A stretch of DNA of 64,000 nucleotides from a virus. The first letter of the stretch is position 1, and every line of letters begins with the position of its first letter. Positions 10,408 to 20,551 of the stretch are shown one piece after another. Location of the stretch: positions 96,001 through 160,000 of IMG/VR virus record IMGVR_UViG_3300044825_001821. One strand, 5' to 3'. The notes under the pieces were generated by a model that did not search any database, was not told where the DNA came from, and saw only the letters and a program-made list of their open reading frames with translations. The position numbers and the translations under genes are program-made.

Positions 10408-10635
10408 ATGCCAGAATTAGGTAAAGTTACGGTTTTTCAACCGAATAGAACTACGGTTGTATCGTCAAATTATAGACCTCAACCAAACATTTCTTTATCA
10501 GATATTAATAACATTTCTACAGAAGGTGTACAAGATGGTTATTCTTTAGTTTTTAACTCTGCAAATAATCGTTTTGAGATGAATATTGCTACACTTTCTC
10601 TTGCAAATACGACACTTAGTGGCGGAACCTTTTAA
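10408..10635 (+). CDS. Small virion protein ending in SGGTF
   Basis: LSDINNI...DGYSLVFNSANNRF fibre-type repeat. Confidence 0.6.
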   Translation: MPELGKVTVFQPNRTTVVSSNYRPQPNISLSDINNISTEGVQDGYSLVFNSANNRFEMNIATLSLANTTLSGGTF

Positions 10636-10643
10636 GATTTAAA

Positions 10644-13600
10644 ATGGCAAATATTTCCCTACAATTAAAACATTCTCTAGCCACTAATACACCGCCTTCA
10701 TTAAATGTTGGTGAACCTGCTTATTCATATAGTAGCAATACATTATTCATTGGAAATCCTACGGGCGATGGCGCTATTGCTATTGGTGGTTATGATGATC
10801 ATACTCGTTTAATATCTTCATATGCAACGCTAAACTTGGCATACGATCATGCCAATGCTGCATATATTCGTGCGAATAATTCTTTTAATGCAAATGGCGG
10901 TGGTACGATAGCAGGCGATCTAACTGTTCAAGGTAACTTGAATATTGTTGGTGGAACAATCGGCGCTAATGTACCCATCGTATTAATTGGCGATAATATT
11001 ATTTCGCTGAATGCTTCAATTGGTCAGTCGAATACACCGACGATGAATGCAGGTATTGAAATTGATCGTGGTGCTCAGGCAAATGTTTATATACTTTGGA
11101 ATGAAGTTGATAATAAATGGACTTTCACAAACGATGGAACAAACTATGATAGTTTGGGTGGAGAGTCTGGATCAACATATGCTAATGGTGCATTCGTACA
11201 AGCTAATGCAGCATTCAGTCAAGTTAATGTAACATTTGCACATGCCAACGCCGCTTTCTTAAAGGCCAATACACCAAGTTATGCTGCAAACTCAGCAGGC
11301 TCTTATGCCAATGCTGCATTTATTCAGGCAAATACAAATTTTGTTCAAGTAAATTTAGCGTTCGCACATGCCAATGCCGCATTCTTACAGGCCAATACAC
11401 CTAGCTATGCATCTAATTCTGCTGCATCGTATGCTAATTCAGCTTTTGCTGCGGCAAACTCAGCAGGCTCTTATGCTAACTCTGCTTTTTTAAGAGCCAA
11501 TACACCAAGTTATACTTCAAACGCAGCATCAACATATGCCAATGGCGCATTTATACAAGCTAACGCTGCCTTTGCTCATGCTAATGCTGCTTATGTACAG
11601 GCAAACACACCAAGTCATGTAGCAAACTCTGCTGCTTCTTATGCCAATGCTGCATTTATTGCAGCAAATGCTTCATTTATTCATGTCAATGCTGCATTCT
11701 TAAAAGCCAATACACCAAGTTATACATCTAATTCGGCTGCTTCTTATGCCAATTCTGCTTTCTTGCAGGCGAACACGCCGAGTCATGTGGCAAACTCTGC
11801 GGCATCGTATGCCAATGCTGCATTTTTAAAAGCTAACACACCTAGCTATACATCAAACTCCGCTGCTTCTTATGCCAATGCGGCATTTGCAGTTGCAAAC
11901 TCGGCTGCATCATATGCCAACGCTGCATTTTTACAGGCTAATACGCCAAGCTATACATCGAACTCTGCAAGTGTTTACGCTAACGGTTCGTTTATTCAAG
12001 CTAATGCTGCGTTTTTACAAGCAAACACACCAAGTTACACTGCAAACTCTGCTGCTTCTTATGCCAATGCTGCATTTATTCAAGCTAACGATGCTGTTGC
12101 TTTGTGGACTGGTGCGTATAATCATGCGAATGCATCTTATGTACACGCCAATGCGGCATATCAAAGTCAAAATACAACAGGCACATACGCCAACGCAGCT
12201 TTTGTTCGTGCAAACAATGCGCTAGATGCAAACAATGGTGGTGTGATAACAGGTAGTTTGACGATCACACAGAACCTTACTGTCACTGGAAATGTTTATG
12301 TTTCTGGTAATGCATTCACCGTTAATGCAGGAACATTAACATCAAATGACTCTGTTATTATTTTAGCAGATGGTAATTATTATTCTGATATAAAAGATAT
12401 TGGTTTTGCCGGTCATTATAATGATGGTTCAACCAATGCAAAAACTGGATTACTCAGAGATTCAACAACAAGAGAGTGGTTCTTATTTAAGAATTACACA
12501 CCTGAAATTGGTACAAATAATAATATCAACATTAATGATTCTTCTTTTGAAGTTGATACACTCAGTGCCAATTTAAAATCAACTTATATTTTAATCAAAA
12601 ATGTAGATATTCTACCAAGAACAAATATCATTTTTGATTTAACAAATGCAGCATTTAGACACGCCAACTCTGGATTTGTACATTCAAACGCTGCATTTGT
12701 TCACGCCAATGCCGCATATCAAAGTCAAAATGCAACTGGCAGTTATGCAAACACGGGATATGTACACGCCAACGCAGCATTTATTCATGCAAATTCATCA
12801 TATGAATCTCAGAATGCAACAGGTACTTACGCCAATGCCGCATTCTTGCAAGCAAACACACCTAGTTACACTGCTAATTCGGCAGCATTATATGCCAATG
12901 GTTCGTTTATTCAATCCAATGCGGCGTTTGATCATGCTAATGCAGCATATCAAAGTCAAAATACGACAGGTGTATATGCCAACGCAGCGTTTATACATGC
13001 CAATGCCGCATTTATAAAAACTAATGCATCATTTGATCATGCCAATTCTGCATATCAATCACAAAATGCAACAGGCACTTACGCAAACTCAGCATTTCTA
13101 CATGCCAATGCTGGATTTATACACGCCAATAGTGCTTTTGTTCATGCCAATGCAGCATTTGATCATTCAAATGCTGGATATAATCAAGCCAATACTGGAA
13201 CAACATTAGCACAGGCGGCATTTGATAATTCAAACACCAAGTTTAATTCTACTGGTGGAACGATTTCTGGTAATGTAACAGTTCAAAGTAATCTTACTGT
13301 TCTAGGTAATGTTACATTCGTAGGTAATGTCACATCGGTATTAGTTACTGGTAATAGTGGTCAATTCTTTGGCTACGCATCGAATGGTCACAACGCACTG
13401 TACGCAGGTATTCCAACTGGTTATGATTATCAGCCACAAACAGTTTTCCAAGCATCTGCAAATTATGATGGTTACTCACAGATAAACATTCAGAATATCA
13501 ATACTGGACCTGATGCATCCGGTGACTATGTTGCTACTGCTGATAATGGTAACGAAAATGATACTTACATTGACATGGGCATCGGCAGTAGTCAACATGC

Positions 13601-15986
13601 CGATCCTGACTTTACATTAGTTGGACCAAATGATGGTTACTTGTATACACACGGCAACACCTCAACTGGTGGTGGTGATCTTGTAGTTGGTACATTCTTA
13701 CCACAGAATGATGTAGTATTTGCAGCAGGTGGTATGAATATTGAAAATGAGCAGATGCGTATCATTGGCTCAAGCAACACTATTAATATTCGTGCAAATG
13801 TAGATATAAGTCTTTCAAAAAATGTTTTCTTAGGACCAGTTGTCAATGTTCACATTACTGGTGGAACTAATGATGATTACATCAGAACTGATGGTGCTGG
13901 TAACTTAACATTTGCAAATCTTACTTCTGCAAATGTAATTAAAGTATTATACAATACATCTAATGCTTCATATATTCAAGCCAATGCAGCATTTGATCAT
14001 GCTAACGCCTCATTTGCTGCTGCTAATAATGTATTCCCACAAGTTCAGCCAGCATTCAACACCGCCAATTTAGCATTTGCACATTCCAATGCAGCATATA
14101 ATCGTGCAAATAATTCTGTAGACGCAAACAATGGTGGCACAATTACTGGTGATTTAACAATCACTAAAAATCTGTTTGTTGGTAATGTGTTTGTAGCTGG
14201 ACAGACATTCAGTGTTAATGCTGGTACTTTAGTTTCAAATGATTCTGTCATTATTTTAGCCGAAGGAAATTATTTCTCCGATTTAACTGATATTGGTTTT
14301 GCTGCACATTATAATGATGGTACAAACGCACACTCAGGTCTGATTCGTGACTCTGTAACAAAAGAGTGGTATCTATTCAAAGGATATACACCTGAGATTG
14401 GCACAAACAATAATATTGATATTAATGATGCATCGTTCACAATTGATACTCTGAATGCAAATCTAAACTCAACATATGTTTTAGCAAAAGGTATTGATCT
14501 ATTACCAAGAACAAATATTATTTTTGGTCTTACAAATTCTTCTTTTGCTCATGCAAATGCTGGATTTGATCATGCCAATGCAGCATTTATTTCGGCTAAC
14601 AATGTATTTCCACAGGTTCAGCCAGCGTTCAATACGGCTAACTTAGCATTTGCACACTCAAATGCTGCATTCACACATGCAAATTCATCATATGAATCTC
14701 AGAATGCAACTGGCAGTTATGCTAACTCTGCATTTGCACACGCCAACGCAGCATTTATTTCGGCTAACAATGTATTCCCACAAGTTCAGCCAGCATTCAA
14801 TACGGCCAATTTAGCGTTTGCTCATTCAAATTCTTCGTTTGATCATGCCAATGCTGCATTCTTGCAGGCAAACACACCTAGCTACACTGCAAACTCTGCA
14901 AGTGTTTATGCCAATGCTGCATTCTTACAGGCTAACACACCTAGCTACACCGCAAACTCTTCGGCATTGTATGCCAATGCTGCGTTTATACATGCCAATT
15001 CGTCATATGAATCACAGAATGCTACTGGTAGTTATGCCAACAGTGCTTTTGTACATGCCAATGCTGCGTTTAATTCTGCTAACAATGTATTCCCGCAAGT
15101 GCAACCGGCATTTAACACTGCTAATGCTGCATTTGATCATGCGAACGCATCTTACATTCAAGCTAATGCCGCATTCATTCGTGCGAATAATTCATTAGAT
15201 GCAAACAATGGTGGAACAATTACTGCAAATGTTGTAATTAATGCGAATCTACAAGCAGCTAATGTTACAACAAATGCGTACATTCAATTTGCGGATGGCA
15301 CAAGACAGTTTACTGCAAATGCAAATCCAGCAAATGTTTCACTGAAAACATTTACAACAACATCAAATGGCACTACGCCAACGTTTGCATTAGGGTTTAC
15401 TCCTGCTGGTTCGAATGCTGCTTTAGTTGTTTCAATTGGCGGTGTTATACAAACCGATGGTGTTGATTATTCAATACAACCAGGTAATTCATCAATTTCA
15501 TTTGATGGCATCCCACCAGCGGGTGAAATTGTTAGAGTTACATGTTTGGAAAATGTAGTTCTTTTACCAAATCCAAACGTTACTGTATCGGTGTATGAAA
15601 CTACTGCAAATGGAAATGTTAGCACGTTTGCTTTACCGTTCTATCCAATTTCACGTGAAGCCTTAACTGTAACAATTGATGGCATTGTGCAACCAATTTC
15701 AATGTACACGGTTGATACTTCTGCTAACACAGTTACATTGGATGACACACCACTAAACGGTGAGTTGGTTCGTGTTGCAACTTTCTATACGGCAGTGAAT
15801 CCATATGCGGTATTGCCGAACACAGTGACATTTGATGCATTGGCTCCTGGTGTTAGAAGTTCAATTAATACATCATTTGCAGCAGCAAATTCGGCCGGCT
15901 CATATGCCAATTCGGCATTCAATAAAGCAAATACAGCAGCAACAACAGGAAAGGCAATTGCAATGTCGATTGTATTTGGAGGCTAA
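10644..15986 (+). CDS. Long tail fibre-like protein (1780 aa) with extensive Ala/Asn (ANAAF) coiled-coil repeats, ends in AIAMSIVFGG
   Basis: N-terminal LQLKHS..P..L.VGEPAY motif, AGIEIDRG domain, dozens of xANAAF repeats, duplicated internal domain. Confidence 0.8.
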   Translation: MANISLQLKHSLATNTPPSLNVGEPAYSYSSNTLFIGNPTGDGAIAIGGYDDHTRLISSYATLNLAYDHANAAYIRANNSFNANGGGTIAGDLTVQGNLNIVGGTIGANVPIVLIGDNIISLNASIGQSNTPTMNAGIEIDRGAQANVYILWNEVDNKWTFTNDGTNYDSLGGESGSTYANGAFVQANAAFSQVNVTFAHANAAFLKANTPSYAANSAGSYANAAFIQANTNFVQVNLAFAHANAAFLQANTPSYASNSAASYANSAFAAANSAGSYANSAFLRANTPSYTSNAASTYANGAFIQANAAFAHANAAYVQANTPSHVANSAASYANAAFIAANASFIHVNAAFLKANTPSYTSNSAASYANSAFLQANTPSHVANSAASYANAAFLKANTPSYTSNSAASYANAAFAVANSAASYANAAFLQANTPSYTSNSASVYANGSFIQANAAFLQANTPSYTANSAASYANAAFIQANDAVALWTGAYNHANASYVHANAAYQSQNTTGTYANAAFVRANNALDANNGGVITGSLTITQNLTVTGNVYVSGNAFTVNAGTLTSNDSVIILADGNYYSDIKDIGFAGHYNDGSTNAKTGLLRDSTTREWFLFKNYTPEIGTNNNININDSSFEVDTLSANLKSTYILIKNVDILPRTNIIFDLTNAAFRHANSGFVHSNAAFVHANAAYQSQNATGSYANTGYVHANAAFIHANSSYESQNATGTYANAAFLQANTPSYTANSAALYANGSFIQSNAAFDHANAAYQSQNTTGVYANAAFIHANAAFIKTNASFDHANSAYQSQNATGTYANSAFLHANAGFIHANSAFVHANAAFDHSNAGYNQANTGTTLAQAAFDNSNTKFNSTGGTISGNVTVQSNLTVLGNVTFVGNVTSVLVTGNSGQFFGYASNGHNALYAGIPTGYDYQPQTVFQASANYDGYSQINIQNINTGPDASGDYVATADNGNENDTYIDMGIGSSQHADPDFTLVGPNDGYLYTHGNTSTGGGDLVVGTFLPQNDVVFAAGGMNIENEQMRIIGSSNTINIRANVDISLSKNVFLGPVVNVHITGGTNDDYIRTDGAGNLTFANLTSANVIKVLYNTSNASYIQANAAFDHANASFAAANNVFPQVQPAFNTANLAFAHSNAAYNRANNSVDANNGGTITGDLTITKNLFVGNVFVAGQTFSVNAGTLVSNDSVIILAEGNYFSDLTDIGFAAHYNDGTNAHSGLIRDSVTKEWYLFKGYTPEIGTNNNIDINDASFTIDTLNANLNSTYVLAKGIDLLPRTNIIFGLTNSSFAHANAGFDHANAAFISANNVFPQVQPAFNTANLAFAHSNAAFTHANSSYESQNATGSYANSAFAHANAAFISANNVFPQVQPAFNTANLAFAHSNSSFDHANAAFLQANTPSYTANSASVYANAAFLQANTPSYTANSSALYANAAFIHANSSYESQNATGSYANSAFVHANAAFNSANNVFPQVQPAFNTANAAFDHANASYIQANAAFIRANNSLDANNGGTITANVVINANLQAANVTTNAYIQFADGTRQFTANANPANVSLKTFTTTSNGTTPTFALGFTPAGSNAALVVSIGGVIQTDGVDYSIQPGNSSISFDGIPPAGEIVRVTCLENVVLLPNPNVTVSVYETTANGNVSTFALPFYPISREALTVTIDGIVQPISMYTVDTSANTVTLDDTPLNGELVRVATFYTAVNPYAVLPNTVTFDALAPGVRSSINTSFAAANSAGSYANSAFNKANTAATTGKAIAMSIVFGG

Positions 15987-15989
15987 TTC

Positions 15990-16412
15990 ATGACACAGAA
16001 AATTACAAGTGGTAGAATAGCCAACAGTTCTATTACGGTAAACAGCTTCTCCACTAATTTTGGTGGCTATGCATATGACTTCGATGATATTTCTTATATC
16101 ACCGATGGTGTGACGACTATCTTTCCTTTAACATATAACACATCGAATGTTTCTGTATCAAGTCCTTGGAATTTAATTATATCAATTAATGGTCTTTTAC
16201 AGTCCGCTTTTGCAAATACGCAAGAAGTTCTTTGGATGAGTCACGTTAAAAACTCAGCAAAAGGATACACATTAAATGATGATGGTCGTGTTCTTTTTGC
16301 CGATCCGCCTCCAGCGGGTTCTGATGTTATGATTCGACTTGTGCCTGGGACACCAGCACAAAATACCAAGATTTATCCATTCAAAGCAACCGATATCTTC
16401 TTGGGTTACTAA
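15990..16412 (+). CDS. Virion protein (beta domain), ends in DIFLGY
   Basis: DGVTTIFPL...INGLLQ...FADPPPAGS, the same domain type as in the fibre proteins. Confidence 0.65.
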   Translation: MTQKITSGRIANSSITVNSFSTNFGGYAYDFDDISYITDGVTTIFPLTYNTSNVSVSSPWNLIISINGLLQSAFANTQEVLWMSHVKNSAKGYTLNDDGRVLFADPPPAGSDVMIRLVPGTPAQNTKIYPFKATDIFLGY

Positions 16413-16414
16413 TT

Positions 16415-16422
16415 ACTAAATA
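16415..16422 (+). promoter_or_regulatory. Late promoter variant ACTAAATA
   Basis: Intergenic, upstream of 16471. Confidence 0.6.
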
Positions 16423-16470
16423 GTAGAGATTTTAAAAAAATAAACACCTTTCCCATATTTTGGAGTCAAA

Positions 16471-19400
16471 ATGGCTAGAAAAGTAATCGTAGACACATAT
16501 TATTCGTTCACACCTTCGTCAAGAACGATTGTGTTTAATGAGGTGATTCAACGTGAACGTTTTGTTCTGATTACAAACGTCACTACGAATCAGGTAATTT
16601 ACAATTTTTCAGACCCAAATCTGAAATTAACTTCTCATTCGGTATCACAAAACGCAACAAGCGGTTCGGCGACAACCACAATTGTATTGCAATATAATAC
16701 AGCAGCAATGTCATCTACCGACAAACTTCAAGTTGTGATTGATGAATACGCCGAAAAGTTTGAGCCTGATGAACTCTATACTGATCCGGTAAATAAATTC
16801 CGTGTGTCTCAGCCACAGTCGATGATTGATACCGACTTTGAATATTCAACTCAAGCCACAAAATGGGAAACGTTATCTTTAGTAAATAACAGAGCCTTTG
16901 CTTATGCGAACGTAGCGGCAAACTCTGACGTTTCTATTGGTGGTCCAATCAATGTAACATCAATTACTGTAAACTCTAACTCAAGTTTTGTTACAGTATA
17001 TACTGCAAACCCACCAGCTGTAAACACTCCTATTTTTGTGACTGATAGTGCATGGGGTCCCGCTGACGGTACATATGTTGTTGATGCTGTTTTTGGTACA
17101 ACTGCATTTAGATACACAACAAAACAAAGATATCAAGCAACACTAGGCGTAACTGCTGGTTTGAATATTAACATTCCGGGAGTAACACAAGTTGCTAATG
17201 GTTCTATCTTTACACGTTCAAATATTGCTTTATCAAATATTAATTTTACTGGTGCATTTGCAAATGGTATCGTAAGAACAACTCAACCACATGGTATCTC
17301 AATTGGTAATGAGATCATTCTTCAGGGTACAACAGCAGCAACATCAGGTGCGCCTAATGGAGCATTTACTGTAACTGGCGTTTATTCTAATACAGAGTTT
17401 CGTATCGATGCTAATGTAGCACCAGTAAGTTCATCTGGTATTGGTTCTGGTGGTTTTGCTAATCTATTCTCTTCAGGTCGTTCAACTGTAATTCATCGTG
17501 CTTATGATGGTGGTGTTGAGTTTAGCACCGCAGCAGAAGGACATAACAATCAATTGATTCGTCAGACACGCCGTTACTTCCGTTATCAATCTGGTAAGGG
17601 TATTCAAATGTCAACTGGCACTTTGATGAAGCCTTCAATTCGTTTGGATAGTGTGACAAGTTCTGGTGCGGTTGTAACATTAAAAACAAAGGAACCCCAC
17701 TTTGTAGATACAAACACATCAATTACAATTACCGGTTGTAATGAAACTGCATATAACGGAACGTTTAATGTCTTAGAAGTTTTAGACCCATACACTCTTC
17801 GTTATGTTGCTAACAGTACACCTTCTGCAACTCCAGCAACTGGTTTGTATTTCTTGTCAGTTAATAACTGGTATGGTGCATCTAATCGTGTTGGCATGTT
17901 TGATGATCAAAATGGTATTTTCTTTGAGTATGATGGACAACAACTATATGCAGTTCGTCGTTCTTCAACAAGACAATTATCAGGATTCATCAGCGCCAAC
18001 ACTGCCAATACACAAATTGATGGTGTTTCTGTGAATGGTGTAACAACCAAGTTCTCTTCTGAACTTGATGTTGGTGATTACATTGTAATCAAAGGTATGT
18101 CATATCGTGTTATTGAAATTAACTCTGATACCAGACTGCATGTTTCACCAGCATATAGAGGTAACACACAAATTCTACAAGCTGTTGCTGCCAAAACAAT
18201 TGACTTCAAGATTCCACAGTCTCAATGGAATTTAGATCGTTGTGATGGCACAGGTCCTTCAGGATTTAATCTTGATCTTCGTAAGATGCAGATGTTCTAC
18301 CTAGATTACTCTTGGTATGGTGCAGGTTTCGTTCGTTGGGGCTTCAGAGCAACAGATGGTAATATTGTTTATTGTCATAAGATGGTAAACAATAATGTAA
18401 ACTATGAAGCGTACATGCGTTCTGGTAACTTACCAGGCCGCTATGAAACAAATACATTTGCACCTAAAACAAAAGTTCAAGCGACGATTCAATCTGGAGA
18501 CACTTCAATCAATGTGGCTAATGCTTCAGCATTTCCTACTGTTGGAACGCTGTGGCTCACAAATGGCGCAGGTTTAAGTGAGTTTGTAAACTACAACGGT
18601 GTAACTAACAATTCACCTACAGGTTGGACATTTAATAATCTTATTCGTGGACAACAAGGTAATAATATTAACTGTATCATGTCAACATCAAATTCAACAT
18701 TGAATTTGGTTTCTGGACAGGCAACAACAGGAATTCAAATTGGTATGTTTGTACAAAGCGCAAACATTCCACAAGTTGCTCAAGTTGTTAGTATTAATCC
18801 AAACGTTTCAGTACAACTTTCTCAAGCACCTGGTATCTCTGGAACAGGAGTTGTAACATTTATTCCTATGGGTAATGTTGCACAAACGTTTACATATAGT
18901 GCTACTTCACCAACATACGCTGAGTTACATGCGCCTGGATATGCACCACGTATTGCACATTGGGGCACTTCAGTTATTATGGATGGTCGTTATGATGACG
19001 ATAAATCATTTGTGTTTACTCAAGGTATGAGAGGTGGGTTATCTGTGCCTGCTGGTCAACGTATGGCACTACAGAGTTTCCGTGTTTCACCTTCAGTGAA
19101 TAACGGTGTTCCTGGTTCCGCTTTAGGTGATCGTGAAGTTGTCAATCGTATGCAAATGGTTCTTCGACAACTTGATTTGTTATCAGGTGGTACTTTCTTG
19201 ATTGAAGTTGTTCTAAATGGTTCTACAGCAAATGCTGCACCAGTTTGGCAAAACGTTGGCGGTTCAAGTCTTGCTCAGTACGTCAATCATGCTGTAAACA
19301 CAAGAATTGAAGGTGGTGAAGTTATTTACGGCTTCTTCACCAACTCCGCTGGTGGTTCGACTAACTTGACTACAACATCCATGGATCTACCTCTGGTTCG

Positions 19401-19557
19401 TGATCTTGGTAATAGTATTCTTGGTGGAGGTACTAATGATCCACGAAGTGGATTTTATCCAGACGGTCCTGATATTGTGACAATTGTTGCACGTAATGTT
19501 GGTACTGCGGCAGCATCAGTGTTCTCACGACTATCATGGACAGAAGCACAAGCATAA
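16471..19557 (+). CDS. Large virion structural protein (baseplate/fibre-associated, 1028 aa)
   Basis: MARKVI..YSFTPS, LITNVTTNQVIYNFSDP, RQTRRYFRYQSGKG, DYSWYGAG and SWTEAQA motifs typical of T4-like aquatic phages. Confidence 0.7.
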   Translation: MARKVIVDTYYSFTPSSRTIVFNEVIQRERFVLITNVTTNQVIYNFSDPNLKLTSHSVSQNATSGSATTTIVLQYNTAAMSSTDKLQVVIDEYAEKFEPDELYTDPVNKFRVSQPQSMIDTDFEYSTQATKWETLSLVNNRAFAYANVAANSDVSIGGPINVTSITVNSNSSFVTVYTANPPAVNTPIFVTDSAWGPADGTYVVDAVFGTTAFRYTTKQRYQATLGVTAGLNINIPGVTQVANGSIFTRSNIALSNINFTGAFANGIVRTTQPHGISIGNEIILQGTTAATSGAPNGAFTVTGVYSNTEFRIDANVAPVSSSGIGSGGFANLFSSGRSTVIHRAYDGGVEFSTAAEGHNNQLIRQTRRYFRYQSGKGIQMSTGTLMKPSIRLDSVTSSGAVVTLKTKEPHFVDTNTSITITGCNETAYNGTFNVLEVLDPYTLRYVANSTPSATPATGLYFLSVNNWYGASNRVGMFDDQNGIFFEYDGQQLYAVRRSSTRQLSGFISANTANTQIDGVSVNGVTTKFSSELDVGDYIVIKGMSYRVIEINSDTRLHVSPAYRGNTQILQAVAAKTIDFKIPQSQWNLDRCDGTGPSGFNLDLRKMQMFYLDYSWYGAGFVRWGFRATDGNIVYCHKMVNNNVNYEAYMRSGNLPGRYETNTFAPKTKVQATIQSGDTSINVANASAFPTVGTLWLTNGAGLSEFVNYNGVTNNSPTGWTFNNLIRGQQGNNINCIMSTSNSTLNLVSGQATTGIQIGMFVQSANIPQVAQVVSINPNVSVQLSQAPGISGTGVVTFIPMGNVAQTFTYSATSPTYAELHAPGYAPRIAHWGTSVIMDGRYDDDKSFVFTQGMRGGLSVPAGQRMALQSFRVSPSVNNGVPGSALGDREVVNRMQMVLRQLDLLSGGTFLIEVVLNGSTANAAPVWQNVGGSSLAQYVNHAVNTRIEGGEVIYGFFTNSAGGSTNLTTTSMDLPLVRDLGNSILGGGTNDPRSGFYPDGPDIVTIVARNVGTAAASVFSRLSWTEAQA

Positions 19558-20199
19558 ATGCAAACTGTTACTACATTACCAATACTGCAAACTGTCAGTG
19601 ATGTCACACAACACTATATCAGTTTGCAGCCTGCAATATCAGGAAGAACAGCGGCAGAGTACGTCAATCGTAATCTGTCGTTTAATCCCGCTTCAAATAC
19701 ATTAAATATTGCGGTCAATGTAAATTTTTTACCAAATTCAATTTCCGGTTTGGCAATAGCAGACTCAGGAATAATTTCTTCTAAAATTGCGCCTTTAACT
19801 AGATTAATTGAGCAAGCTAAAATTATTCCAGGTCAATTAAGTGGTAACATTAACATCGATGTTTTAGAATCTTCAGTATACTATTTGACGCAATATCCTA
19901 CGGGAGCTTTAACTTTTAATCTTCGTGGTAATACAAATTATACATTAGATAGACTTTTGAATCCTGGACAATCTGTGTCAACAGTTTTTATGATCACACA
20001 GAATGTTACTCAGCAAGTTGCAAACGTTTCTGTTGATGGTAATTTTCAAACAGCAAATATAAGATATGGTTCAAACACCAAACCAACTTCGACCAGTATT
20101 TCTAGAGAAGTCATAGATGTTTATTCTTTTGTTACAATGAAACTTGCAACCAATTCTTATATAATATTACAAACACAGTCATCTTATGGTGTGGGATAA
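19558..20199 (+). CDS. Virion/fibre-associated protein
   Basis: 213 aa ORF abutting 16471 and coupled to 20199. FNLRGN...DVYSFV motif. Confidence 0.6.
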   Translation: MQTVTTLPILQTVSDVTQHYISLQPAISGRTAAEYVNRNLSFNPASNTLNIAVNVNFLPNSISGLAIADSGIISSKIAPLTRLIEQAKIIPGQLSGNINIDVLESSVYYLTQYPTGALTFNLRGNTNYTLDRLLNPGQSVSTVFMITQNVTQQVANVSVDGNFQTANIRYGSNTKPTSTSISREVIDVYSFVTMKLATNSYIILQTQSSYGVG

Positions 20200-20549
20200 T
20201 GATACAGAAAGTTCGTTCGTCTTTAATAGAACCAACAAATATTACAGGCAATCTGATTGCTCAAAATGCCGTTTCTGGTAACAATATTGTTTCTAACGCT
20301 ATTCGTGGAAACAATATTGTGGCAAGCACAATCACTGGTAATTTAATCGCAACAAATCAAATCACTGGCAATCAAATTGCACAAAATCAAATCACCGGTA
20401 ATTTAATTGCGGTAAATCAAATCACTGGTAACTTAATTGCGACAAATCAAATCACTGGCAATCTGATAGCAAACAACGCAATCAGTGGAAACAATATTGT
20501 TTCTCCTCCTGATATTTTTGATGATGCTTTCTTATTTGGTGGAATGTAA
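20199..20549 (+). CDS. Short NQITGN-repeat protein sharing its C-terminus with 4598
   Basis: Identical C-terminal peptide NNIVSPPDIFDDAFLFGGM. Confidence 0.75.
   Translation: MIQKVRSSLIEPTNITGNLIAQNAVSGNNIVSNAIRGNNIVASTITGNLIATNQITGNQIAQNQITGNLIAVNQITGNLIATNQITGNLIANNAISGNNIVSPPDIFDDAFLFGGM
20354..20500 (+). repeat. Second copy of the 30-bp NQITGN coding repeat array
   Basis: Near-identical DNA to 4988-5193. Confidence 0.9.
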
Positions 20550-20551
20550 CC

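Noticed and set aside
11047-15198. Many alternate-frame Met/Leu/His-rich ORFs (MPMLH...) inside the long fibre gene
   Set aside because: Frame-shifted readings of the GCC AAT GCT repeats; not independent genes.
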